Shown here in pieces: positions 9,700 to 18,379 of a DNA stretch of 64,000 nt (positions are counted from its first letter, which is position 1; every line of letters starts with the position of its first letter). Origin of the DNA: an uncultured Chloroflexia bacterium (GTDB taxonomy: Bacteria > Chloroflexota > Limnocylindria > Limnocylindrales > CSP1-4). Where the stretch lies: the NCBI GenBank assembly GCA_963828165.1, contig CAWHDR010000001.1, positions 64,001 through 128,000 on the forward strand. Direction: 5' to 3'. A model generated the notes under the pieces. The model did not search any database, was not told where the DNA came from, and saw nothing but the letters and a program-made list of their open reading frames with translations. The translations under genes were made by a program, and so were the position numbers.

Positions 9700-9830
9700 G
9701 AATCGTGCAGGCAGGGGACTAGGCCCTCCAGGCGAATGCGAACCCGAAAGACGGGGATCGCCGAATCACCCTACTCCGCCTGGCAAGCACGCGGAACCTG
9801 GGCAGGCACGGCGGAACTCGGCAATCGAAC

Positions 9831-10913
9831 CTACGGCGCGACTGAGGCGGCAGATTTGACTGGGCCCATCCACTTCTTCGTCCACGTGCGGACCTCGCCG
9901 ATCTTGAGGGCGAAGGACGCGCCAACTGTCGACTGGGCCCATTTTCTCGGCCCGAAGACGATCCCCGCCGCCTTCTTCGTCTTGGCCGATCCGACGATCT
10001 CGAAGATCTGTGGCGCCTGGGCCAGTGGCAGGTCGGTCTTGACGTAGTCCCGGGCGATCGAGATCAGCTCCGGCAACTGCAGGAGGCCGAGCTTCTTGAC
10101 GGAGCCGACCGCGGCCGCCACGAGCTTCTGCTGACGCCGGGCCCGTTCGAAGTCGTTATCGGCCTTTCGGGTCCGGGCGAAGATCAACGCGCGCTCGCCG
10201 TTGAGGTGGTTCTTGCCGGCTTTGAACGTGACGCCGCGCTTCGTGGGCGTCAGCCAGTACACCGGGTCCCTGATCGCCTTGTCCAAAACCACGTCCACCC
10301 CGCCGACGGCGTTGACGAGCCGCTTCACGCCCTCGAAGCCGAGCACGACGTAATTGTCGATCTCGACGTGCAACGCGCGACCGACGGCTTTCGACATCGC
10401 CGGACCGGCCTTCTTCTCGCCGATCCTGGAGACGTAGCGCTGGTAGAGCTCGTTGATCTTGGGAGCGAACTTCGTTCCGTCAGGCAAGGGGAATGCGACC
10501 GTGTCGCGCGGGATGCTGGCCGCCGAGACGGCGCCGTTGGTCGGGTTGACCGAGATGACCATGATCGTGTCGGTCCGATTGCCCGGGTGGCCGCGGCGAT
10601 AGTCGGAGCCCAGGAGCAGGATCGTGAACCGCCCGTCGCTGCCGAGAAGGGACTCTACCCCGGGGGTGGGGATCGGCGTCGGAGCCGGGCTGGGGCTTGG
10701 CGACGGCGATGGCGTGATCGTCGGTGACGGGGTCGCGACCGGAGCCGGGCTCCGCGACGGCGGCACCGCCGCGACCGGTATGGGCGTGGCTGCCTGCAGG
10801 GCGAGCGATGCCGTGATCGCCGCGGCTACGAGCAGCGCGACAAGCGCCCCGGCGGACAACGCGAGCCTGGGTCGGCGACGCACCGACTGCCAGGCGCCCC
10901 TCGGATCGGTCAT
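9831..10913 (-). CDS. LytR-CpsA-Psr (LCP) family cell-wall ligase
   Basis: TM helix, Pro/Ser/Thr linker, ILLLGSD...RTDTIM, SIPRD, ALIFARTR..DNDFERARRQQ. Confidence 0.92.
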   Translation of the reverse strand: MTDPRGAWQSVRRRPRLALSAGALVALLVAAAITASLALQAATPIPVAAVPPSRSPAPVATPSPTITPSPSPSPSPAPTPIPTPGVESLLGSDGRFTILLLGSDYRRGHPGNRTDTIMVISVNPTNGAVSAASIPRDTVAFPLPDGTKFAPKINELYQRYVSRIGEKKAGPAMSKAVGRALHVEIDNYVVLGFEGVKRLVNAVGGVDVVLDKAIRDPVYWLTPTKRGVTFKAGKNHLNGERALIFARTRKADNDFERARRQQKLVAAAVGSVKKLGLLQLPELISIARDYVKTDLPLAQAPQIFEIVGSAKTKKAAGIVFGPRKWAQSTVGASFALKIGEVRTWTKKWMGPVKSAASVAP

Positions 10914-11314
10914 GGCCGGACGCTACCACTCCGCACTGCACCAATCCCCCCGTACGATGGTCCCGCAGGTGCCTGGTCCGCGGCCACCGACCACGACTCG
11001 CAGGAAGCCCGCCGTGACCCCGAACGTGCCGGAGGCGGCGGGCTGGTCAGGTCCGAGGTGGCCCCTTCGCCGGCGATGGCCGGACGGTGGGGACGGGGCC
11101 GGGGAGGGACCGAGCCCCACGGAGTCGGCCTGGACCGCCTCCCTGGAACCCGGGCGTCAACCCGGTTCCGCATGACCCTCGTACCTCGTCATAGCCTACC
11201 CCCGCCGAGGCTTGCCGACCACCCCGGAACGCCGATTTTCTCGTGCTACACTCCGCGCCCCATCGCGCCGACGACGACGATCGGCGTGCGGGTCAGGGAG
11301 GTATCGACTCGCCG

Positions 11315-12721
11315 ATGTCGGCCGGACCCGGTCCGAACCGAGCGCCGTTGCGAACGGCCTCCGCAGGCCAGCTCGCGCTCGAGCTCCCGGTCGAGCTGCC
11401 GGTCATCTCCCTCGCACCCGAGTGGAAGGACCAACAGCGGCTGTGGGGCCACTCGTTCCACCCGATGTGCTCGTACCTCGCGAGCTTTCCCGCCGCGCTG
11501 ACCCATGCGTTCATCGCTCGGTACTCTCGGCCCGGTGACGTGGTCCTCGACCCATTCTCCGGGCGGGGCACGACGCCGCTCCAGGCCTGCGCCGAAGGCC
11601 GCATCGGTGTCGGCAACGACCTCAACCCGTTCGCGCACCTGCTGACGGCGTCCAAGGTCCGCCCGGCGACCCGCGGGGCAGCAGCGACGCGACTCACCCA
11701 GCTGCGGCTCGCCTGGTACGCCGAGGCCGCGCCATGGTCGGAGCTTGCGCGGCGGGTCATGGCGGATCCGGACACGACCTTGGTCCCACGCGCCGGATCG
11801 CGCGACATCGCGGGCGCAGACGAGATCGTCCCGCGCGAAGTGGCCCTCGCATTCCATCCGGATACCCTCGCCCAGCTGCTGTTCGTCCGTACGTCGCTGC
11901 AGTTGGACGATCGGACGGACGGGTTCCTTGCCGCCGCGATCACCGGCATCCTGCACGGCAAGAGCGCGAGCTACCTCTCGGAGCTCATGCCCAACACCTT
12001 CAGCATGGCCCCGCGCTACGTCCGCGACTTCGCCGCGCGGACCGCCTTCGCCTCGCCACACCGAGACGCCTTCGACGGCCTGGCCGCCAAGCTCGACCGG
12101 CTGTTCCGACAGCCGCCGCCCCCGATCGAAGGTGTCGCGCTCCTCGGCGACGCACGCGACGTCGCGCCACGAGCCCGCGAGGCGTTGCGGGACCTGGGCC
12201 GGCCGGAGCGGGCCCGGCTGGTGGTGACGTCACCACCCTATCTACGGGTCGTGAAATACGGCTACTACAACTGGCTGCGCACCTGGTTCCTCGGGTTCGA
12301 CGCCCGCGAGATCGATGCGACGCTCGACGACGCCCACCACCGCGAGCCGTACCTCGCGTTCCTGCGCGATGTCCTCGCGGGTCTGCGCCCGGTCCTTGCC
12401 GATGACGCGGTGATCGTGCTCGTCATCGGGGACGTCGAGACCGACCGCGGGCGGCGCATCAAGGGCGGCGTCGGCCTCGCCGAGCGTGCCTGGGAACAGG
12501 CCGCCGAGCCAGAAGGCTATCGCCTGGCCGGCATCGCCCTGGACGATGTGGCGGCCCTCCGCAAGATGACGAAGCTGTGGGGTGCGGAGGCGGGTCGCGC
12601 CACCAAGACGGACCGCATCCTCGTCCTGGGGGCGACCGAAGCCGGCCGGCGCCGGGCCCTCGCGAGCGCCTCGCTCGACATCGACTGGACCTGGCCCCCT
12701 CGGTCGCTGCGCCCGATCTGA
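11315..12721 (+). CDS. Orphan amino-DNA methyltransferase (probably N4-C; motif I precedes motif IV)
   Basis: YLASFP..L, VLDPFSGRGTT (motif I), LVVTSPPY (motif IV); GGAGGT upstream of ATG 11315; start uncertain. Confidence 0.8.
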   Translation: MSAGPGPNRAPLRTASAGQLALELPVELPVISLAPEWKDQQRLWGHSFHPMCSYLASFPAALTHAFIARYSRPGDVVLDPFSGRGTTPLQACAEGRIGVGNDLNPFAHLLTASKVRPATRGAAATRLTQLRLAWYAEAAPWSELARRVMADPDTTLVPRAGSRDIAGADEIVPREVALAFHPDTLAQLLFVRTSLQLDDRTDGFLAAAITGILHGKSASYLSELMPNTFSMAPRYVRDFAARTAFASPHRDAFDGLAAKLDRLFRQPPPPIEGVALLGDARDVAPRAREALRDLGRPERARLVVTSPPYLRVVKYGYYNWLRTWFLGFDAREIDATLDDAHHREPYLAFLRDVLAGLRPVLADDAVIVLVIGDVETDRGRRIKGGVGLAERAWEQAAEPEGYRLAGIALDDVAALRKMTKLWGAEAGRATKTDRILVLGATEAGRRRALASASLDIDWTWPPRSLRPI

Positions 12722-12763
12722 GGGTCGTCGGCGACCGGGCTCCCGCCTTGCTACGATGCGCCG

Positions 12764-12991
12764 ATGCAGCAGATGTACCACCCGTCGGACCTGGCCGCGA
12801 TGGATCCGCTGGTCCTCATGAAGAACCTCGACCACGTCCGTATGACCAGCCGGCGGCTCTCGTACATCCTCCAGCAGCAGGTCCACCTTTATGCCCCCGA
12901 GGCGAATGAGCTCCGCGAGCAGATCGACCGGTATGTCGAGGCGGAGCGCCAGATCGAGGGCGAGATGGCGAGGCGCCGCATCCGCGCCTGA
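12764..12991 (+). CDS. Small hypothetical protein (helical)
   Basis: 75-aa ORF with strong GC3 bias, TACGAT 6 nt before ATG, terminator downstream. Confidence 0.75.
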   Translation: MQQMYHPSDLAAMDPLVLMKNLDHVRMTSRRLSYILQQQVHLYAPEANELREQIDRYVEAERQIEGEMARRRIRA

Positions 12992-13011
12992 TCGGCCCCG
13001 ATCCGTCCAGA

Positions 13012-13052
13012 CGAAAAGCCCCGCTCGGTGGGGGTCCGGGCGAGGCTTTTCG
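13012..13052. terminator. Bidirectional intrinsic terminator
   Basis: CGAAAAGCC-CCGCTCGG...CCGGGCG-AGGCTTTTCG hairpin between convergent genes. Confidence 0.75.
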
Positions 13053-13072
13053 GGATGATTGCGATGCCGGTA

Positions 13073-13519
13073 TCAGGCCCCGGCGGGCACCGCGATGAGA
13101 CGGACGGGTGTCTCCGGTCCTCGGATGGGCTCGACCGGCGGTCGAGCGATGACGATGTCCACGGGGGCGATACCTGACGGGATGTCGGCGGGCGGGTCCT
13201 CGGAGACGCTCTCGGAAACGTCTTCCGCGGCTGGCGTGATGATGACCGTCATCGGCCTGCGGGCGGTCTGCTCCTCGCCCACGATCCTTGCCGCGAGCGC
13301 GGCAAGCGCCGGGGTGTCGAAGAGGCTGAAGCCGATCCCGTGGGCGGCCAGGTCATCCGTCACGAGCCCGTGAAACAGTCCACGCGCGGCGACGGCGCAC
13401 ATCTCGTCATAGAGCTCAGGCCAGCCCACGCGCCGACGGCGGTAGCAGAACCGGATGAACTCAACCGCCTCCGGGTCGGGGTCTCGCGTGGTGGCGGTGC
13501 GTGGATCCATCGATGGCAT
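13073..13519 (-). CDS. Hypothetical protein
   Basis: AAGGGAGG SD before ATG 13519; globular-looking core FIRFCYRRRRVGWPELYDEMCAVAARGLF, acidic tail. Confidence 0.7.
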   Translation of the reverse strand: MPSMDPRTATTRDPDPEAVEFIRFCYRRRRVGWPELYDEMCAVAARGLFHGLVTDDLAAHGIGFSLFDTPALAALAARIVGEEQTARRPMTVIITPAAEDVSESVSEDPPADIPSGIAPVDIVIARPPVEPIRGPETPVRLIAVPAGA

Positions 13520-13721
13520 GCCCTCCCTTCGATCTTGGACGTGCGGTGGCCAGGGCCAACGCGCGCTCGGTCTTCCTAGCGTGGGAACCCAGGTCGGCCA
13601 TTCGTCGACCCGGCGACGGACGGTCGGTCTTAGCCTTCCCTGGGACCGGCCAACCTCCCTGGGACGCTCGGTGGCCGTATCCCGACATCCTAGGCCGGTC
13701 GGGACCTCGCCGGAAGGGGGC

Positions 13722-13784
13722 TTGTCCACGACTTCGTCCACCTTTTTGTCCACACGAACGAACGTTCTCCCGAACGCCTGTGCG
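13722..13784. promoter_or_regulatory. Three DnaA-box-like 9-mers and two LexA-box-like sites
   Basis: TTGTCCACG (13722), TCGTCCACC (13734), TTGTCCACA (13746) at 12-bp period; CGAAC-GAAC-GTTCT (13755) and CGAAC-GCCT-GTGCG (13771). Confidence 0.5.
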
Positions 13785-13816
13785 GAACGTGCACGCGCGG
13801 ACCGTTTCGCCGAGAT

Positions 13817-14887
13817 TCACGGCTCGCGCCGCGTCAGGCCGAGCCCCGGTCGATCGGCCAGGCGCCAGCGCTTGTCGGGTCCGAGGTCCAGGCCTTCGAA
13901 CGGGTCGTCGGCCAGCAGCAGGTTCCCGTCGAGATCGACCCATTCCGCGAGCGACGCGACCACGGCCGAGCCGGCGATCCCGACCGACGTCTCCTCCATG
14001 CAGCCCAGGAAGGTCCGAAAGCCGAGCTCGCGGGCTCGCTCGAGCATGTGCTTCGCCGGCCCGATGCCTCCGCACTTGGCGAGCTTCACGTTGACGCCCG
14101 CGACGACGCCGACGAGCGCCTCGAGGTCCTCTTCTGCGACCCCACTCTCGTCGGCGACGATCGGAAGCGGGGAGCGTTCCTGGAGCCAGCCGAGGTCCTT
14201 GTAAGCGCGTGCCGGGAACGGCTGCTCGATGAGCTCGACCCCCAGATCGACGAGCTCGGGCAGCAGCGTCTCTGCGTCCTCCCGCGACCAGCCGGTATTG
14301 GCATCCACCCTGATCGGCCCCGCGAAGACGTCGCGGACCGCCCGAAGGGTGGCCAGGTCGGATGGGCCACCGCACTTGATCTTGAGGGCCGGAAAGTCGG
14401 CCGCACGTCGTGCGCGCTCCGCCACGACCGCCGGCTCGTCGATCCCGATCGTGAAGTCGGTCGGCGGCAGGTCGCGCGGAAGCTCGAGGAGCGTATGGAC
14501 CGGCGTCTCGAGCACCTTGCCGGCCAGGTCGTGGAGGGCGATGTCCAGGGCACATTTCGCCGCTCCGTGCCCGCGGATGGCGCCCGCCCAGGTCGGTCCA
14601 AGCCAGGCCAATCCCTGTCGCGCTCGATCCGGGTCGGTCAGATCGATCTCGTTCTCATCGGCCACGGCCAGCAGAAGGGGCCAGACCGCGGCCATCGTGT
14701 CGGGGGTCTCGCCATAGAAACGATCCGGATATCCCTCCCCCACGCCGACGATGCCCGGATGGCGATCGTCGCGGATCTCCACGACGACCGTCGTGATGCG
14801 CGTCCCTTCGTTGTGGTCCGAGCGGGCGATCCGGAACGGGTCGCGCAGGGCCAGCGACAGGACCTCGTGGCTGACGGTCAGACCCAC
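13817..14887 (-). CDS. Dipeptide epimerase (enolase superfamily; AEE/DgcA-like)
   Basis: LKIKCG, IRVDANTGW, LIEQP, IVADES, VNVKLAKCGG, GCMEE, DLDG. Confidence 0.9.
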   Translation of the reverse strand: MGLTVSHEVLSLALRDPFRIARSDHNEGTRITTVVVEIRDDRHPGIVGVGEGYPDRFYGETPDTMAAVWPLLLAVADENEIDLTDPDRARQGLAWLGPTWAGAIRGHGAAKCALDIALHDLAGKVLETPVHTLLELPRDLPPTDFTIGIDEPAVVAERARRAADFPALKIKCGGPSDLATLRAVRDVFAGPIRVDANTGWSREDAETLLPELVDLGVELIEQPFPARAYKDLGWLQERSPLPIVADESGVAEEDLEALVGVVAGVNVKLAKCGGIGPAKHMLERARELGFRTFLGCMEETSVGIAGSAVVASLAEWVDLDGNLLLADDPFEGLDLGPDKRWRLADRPGLGLTRREP

Positions 14888-15960
14888 GGCAGGGCCTCGA
14901 CGGCATCACGCACTGCCGGCCAGAGGCGATCGGCCCCGAATCGGACCGGGTCGTCGGCGGGCAACCCGGTCTCGGCCGACGTTGCCTCGATCACGGCCCG
15001 CGCTTCGTCCTCGGACGGGTAGAGCGAGGTGTTGAGGGCCACGGCGACGACCTTCGACGGCGCCACGAGCCCGGCGATCCGCTCGTGCAGCTCGATGAAC
15101 GGCGGCAGCGCCGCGATCGGGAATGAGGCCTCGGGAAGGTGGGTGAAGTCGTGCTCGACGAGGCCCGGCTTGTGGACGAGGACCATCGCGTGCGGCGTGG
15201 CGCCATGGATGAGCCCCATGGTCACCGCGCTGTAGGCAGGGTGGTCGATCGAGCCCTGACCCTCGACGATCACCCAGTCCGCGCGTTCTTCGCCCTGCTC
15301 GACCAGCCACTCGACGGTCCCATTGGTGAAATCGCTGATGACCCGGTCCACGGCGACGCCCCAGCCCTCGATCATCATCCCGGTCTGGCCGGTCGGCACC
15401 ATCGCCGCAGAGACACCATCACGCCGGGCCGCCGCGACCAGCTCCAGGGCGACCGACATCTTGCCGATCGCGCAGTCTGTCCCGACGGTCAGGATCACCC
15501 GCTTGCCGGCCACGTGTTGCCGTCCGACGGACGTCTCCATCCGGTCGGGCGGCCGGCGATAGTCGATCAGCCGCGTTCCCGCCGCCTCCGCCGCGGCGAC
15601 GAACTCGGGGTCGTCGCCCAGGAACTGGTGCAGCCCGGAATGGACGTCCAGTCCCGCGCGGATCGCCTCGAGGATGGTCATCCGCCAGTCACCCGGGAGA
15701 CGACCGCCGGTCGGAGCGATGCCGATCAGCAGCCCGTCTGGGCGCACGCGGCCGTGGAACGTCTCGTCGAGTGTGGCCACGAAGGGCACGTCGAAGCCGG
15801 GCATCACCTCGCCCAGGTTCCGCCCGACCATCGTCGAGTCCAGGATCGCGAGGATCTCGTCGCGGCCATAGCGGATGACCCCGAGCGCCGTCTTGGCGTC
15901 GTGGAGGTTGAACTGTCCCTCGGTCAGGATGACGAGACGTCGAGGCTCGGTGGGCAACAT
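14878..15960 (-). CDS. DUF1611 domain protein (DgcN-like)
   Basis: AKTALGVIRY, GIAPTGG, GLHQFL, LTVGTDCAIGKMS, TGQTG, VEGQGSIDHPAYS. Confidence 0.9.
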   Translation of the reverse strand: MLPTEPRRLVILTEGQFNLHDAKTALGVIRYGRDEILAILDSTMVGRNLGEVMPGFDVPFVATLDETFHGRVRPDGLLIGIAPTGGRLPGDWRMTILEAIRAGLDVHSGLHQFLGDDPEFVAAAEAAGTRLIDYRRPPDRMETSVGRQHVAGKRVILTVGTDCAIGKMSVALELVAAARRDGVSAAMVPTGQTGMMIEGWGVAVDRVISDFTNGTVEWLVEQGEERADWVIVEGQGSIDHPAYSAVTMGLIHGATPHAMVLVHKPGLVEHDFTHLPEASFPIAALPPFIELHERIAGLVAPSKVVAVALNTSLYPSEDEARAVIEATSAETGLPADDPVRFGADRLWPAVRDAVEALPWV

Positions 15961-16098
15961 GCTCCGGAGTCTAGGGAAACGGGGACGCCCCCGGGGCGCG
16001 GTCCGGGGGCGTCGGAGAAGACACGTGAGCCGCGGATCCGTGCGGCTCGGATGAGTCTACCAAGCGCCGGGGGCGGGTGCTTGGGTACAGTTCCGCTC

Positions 16099-16857
16099 AT
16101 GAGCTTCGACGTCGCCGCGGACGCGTACGACCGCTTCATGGGCAGGTACTCCATCGGGCTCGCACCGCAGATGGCCGATCTTGCCGGGGTCAGCAGCGGT
16201 CAGCGGGTGCTCGACGTCGGCTGCGGCCCGGGCGCGCTCACGACCGAGCTGGTGTCGCGCGTGGGGCCTGGTAGCGTCTCGGCGGTGGATCCCTCCGAGT
16301 CGTTCGTCGCGGCGGCGCGCGAGCGCAACCCGGGGGTCGAGGTGCTTCAGGCATCGGCCGAGCGACTGCCGTTCCCCGATCGGACCTTCGACGCGGCGCT
16401 GGCGCAACTCGTCGTCCATTTCATGGCCGATCCGGTCGCCGGGTTGACCGAGATGGCCCGAGTGACCCGGCCAGGTGGGGTCGTCGCCGCATGCGTCTGG
16501 GACCACGCCGGCGGCGGTGGACCGCTGGGCATCTTCTGGCGGGCGGTGCACGAACTCGACCCCGACGTTCACGACGAATCACGCCTCGCGGGCGCGCGCG
16601 AGGGTCATCTGGGGGAACTGTTCAAGGCGGCCGGATTGCGCGATATCCAGGAGAAGACCGTGTCGGCCACTCTGGAGCACCCGAGCTTCGAGGAGTGGTG
16701 GGAGCCATACACGCGCGGCGTCGGGCCGGCGGGCGCCTACGTCGCCGGCCTCGACCCGGAACAGCAGACCCGGCTGCGCGAGACCTGCCGCGGGCTGCTA
16801 CCCAGCGGCACATTCGTGATCTCGGCACGGGCGTGGGCAGCCCGCGGTCTTGTGTAG
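16099..16857 (+). CDS. Class I SAM-dependent methyltransferase
   Basis: YDRFMGRYS, VLDVGCGPG, AVDPSESF, RVTRPGG. Confidence 0.9.
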   Translation: MSFDVAADAYDRFMGRYSIGLAPQMADLAGVSSGQRVLDVGCGPGALTTELVSRVGPGSVSAVDPSESFVAAARERNPGVEVLQASAERLPFPDRTFDAALAQLVVHFMADPVAGLTEMARVTRPGGVVAACVWDHAGGGGPLGIFWRAVHELDPDVHDESRLAGAREGHLGELFKAAGLRDIQEKTVSATLEHPSFEEWWEPYTRGVGPAGAYVAGLDPEQQTRLRETCRGLLPSGTFVISARAWAARGLV

Positions 16858-16864
16858 GTGGGGT

Positions 16865-17263
16865 TCAGGCCGGGTCGTCGCTCGGGGTCGTGACCCATTG
16901 GACGAGCTGGATCACGATCCCGTTCGGATCGGTCACCTGGAGGAACCGCTCGCCCCACGGCTCGGTCTGCAGCGGGGTCGTGATCTCGACGCCGCTGTCG
17001 ACCAGGCGCTCGTGGTCGGCGTCGATATCACGCACGACGAACACCACGAGCAGACCACCGGCGGGCCCCTTCTGGGCCTCGGGCTTGAACGTCGAGAGCC
17101 CCGTGCGCAGGAAGATGAGGTTGAAGCCCGCATCGGGCCGGCTGAGCGAGTGGAAGCCGTCCCCGCGCATCTCTGTGGTGAAGCCGAAGTGAGCGATCAC
17201 GAAGGCCGCCGAGGCGTCCGGGTCCGTCACATTGAGTGAGATGGCCGAGGCAGTGATCTCCAT
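16865..17263 (-). CDS. VOC (glyoxalase/bleomycin resistance) family protein
   Basis: EPWGERFLQVTDPNGIVIQL; GGAGAG SD. Confidence 0.9.
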   Translation of the reverse strand: MEITASAISLNVTDPDASAAFVIAHFGFTTEMRGDGFHSLSRPDAGFNLIFLRTGLSTFKPEAQKGPAGGLLVVFVVRDIDADHERLVDSGVEITTPLQTEPWGERFLQVTDPNGIVIQLVQWVTTPSDDPA

Positions 17264-17332
17264 GGCCAGTTCTCTCCGTAGTAGCAAGCAACAGGCCCGA
17301 TCCGGGATCGGATCGGGCCGAACTGGCGATCG

Positions 17333-17409
17333 TGGTACCGCATACCGGATTCGAACCGGTGATCTCCGCCTTGAGAGGGCGGTGTCCTGGGCCTCTAGAC
17401 GAATGCGGC
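17333..17409 (-). tRNA. tRNA-Glu(CTC)
   Basis: GCCGCATTCGTCTAGAGGCCCAGGACA-CCGCC-CT-CTC-AA-GGCGG...GGTTCGAATCC...GCGGTACCA. Confidence 0.95.
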
Positions 17410-17488
17410 GCAGAGACGACGGCGGTGGACGCCGTCGCCGGGCCGAAGGATACCAGCGACCCCGCGAAGCCTCAACCGTCGGGGCGCC

Positions 17489-18379
17489 CTAGAGCCGATG
17501 CGTCTCGAGGAACAAGCGGATCGCCTCGGCGACCTGCTGGTGGCTCTGTTCGCCAGCCACCAGGCCGAAGTGCGAGTGCGCCCCGAACGGCTCGTACTCC
17601 GCGCCGAGCCACTCGGCCAGCCGCTCGGCCTCATCGAGGCTCACGGTGCGGTCGAGGCCGCCGGCGATCACCAAACGCGGAACCTGGGCGACGACCCGCC
17701 GATCGACGGGCACACCCGCCAGGACCTGTCGTCGAGCGGCCCCGGCCTCGTGCGGCTTCTGGCCGAGCAGGTGCTGGATCTTGAGGATGTCCGGCAGGGT
17801 CAGGTCGCGATCGTCACGCAGCAGCTTCTCGGGGAGGGTCTCCCAGCCGATGACGCTCCGGCCGTAGACCTCCGGGATCTCGCGCAGCTCATGCTGCCTG
17901 ACCGGCTGGCGAAGGTCCCGCGGCAGGCCCGGCGCGAGGAGGACGAGTCCCGAGATGGCGACGCGCTCCGCCGCCTTCAGCGCGAGTAGCGCGCCCATCC
18001 CGTGGCCGATCGCGACGGTCGTCGGGCCGAGTCGGTCCAGGGCCGCAACGACGTCTTCGGTGTAGGTATCGAACGAGAGCGTCGTCGGATCGGCGGTCTG
18101 CGACCAGTAGTGGTTCCGCAGGTTCAGGGCGTGACCTTCCCAGCCGCGGCCGGCGAAGTAGCCCAGGTAGCGCTCCCACAGCCACGAACCGGCGAGCTCG
18201 CCATGGATGAACATCAGCGGCTTGCGCCTCGAGCGCCGCTCGGGCAGCCACGACTCGATGTAGATGCCGCGGTCGTGCAGCTCGATCTCGTCCTTGCGCA
18301 CCGGCCGGCCATTGGGCGGTGGGAGGACAGCGCGTGCCAGGATCGGATCGGGGATCGTATCGGGCATCCGGTTCACCAC
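17489..18379 (-). CDS. Alpha/beta fold hydrolase (nucleophile elbow GHGMG, no Ser)
   Basis: FIHGELAG, LNLRNH, AIGHGMGALLA, GGLDRTV, HSH. Confidence 0.8.
   Translation of the reverse strand: MVNRMPDTIPDPILARAVLPPPNGRPVRKDEIELHDRGIYIESWLPERRSRRKPLMFIHGELAGSWLWERYLGYFAGRGWEGHALNLRNHYWSQTADPTTLSFDTYTEDVVAALDRLGPTTVAIGHGMGALLALKAAERVAISGLVLLAPGLPRDLRQPVRQHELREIPEVYGRSVIGWETLPEKLLRDDRDLTLPDILKIQHLLGQKPHEAGAARRQVLAGVPVDRRVVAQVPRLVIAGGLDRTVSLDEAERLAEWLGAEYEPFGAHSHFGLVAGEQSHQQVAEAIRLFLETHRL

Noticed and set aside
10990-11070. SRP RNA or 6S RNA
   Set aside because: GTCAGGTCC is present but the GGAAGCAGC partner of SRP helix 8 is not, and no 6S-like long rod with central bubble is evident
13722-13754. 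Replication origin
   Set aside because: Only three boxes, no AT-rich unwinding element and no dnaA/dnaN nearby
9250-17409. Genomic island bounded by the two tRNAs
   Set aside because: No integrase, no duplicated tRNA 3' end seen, and gene content and GC look host-like
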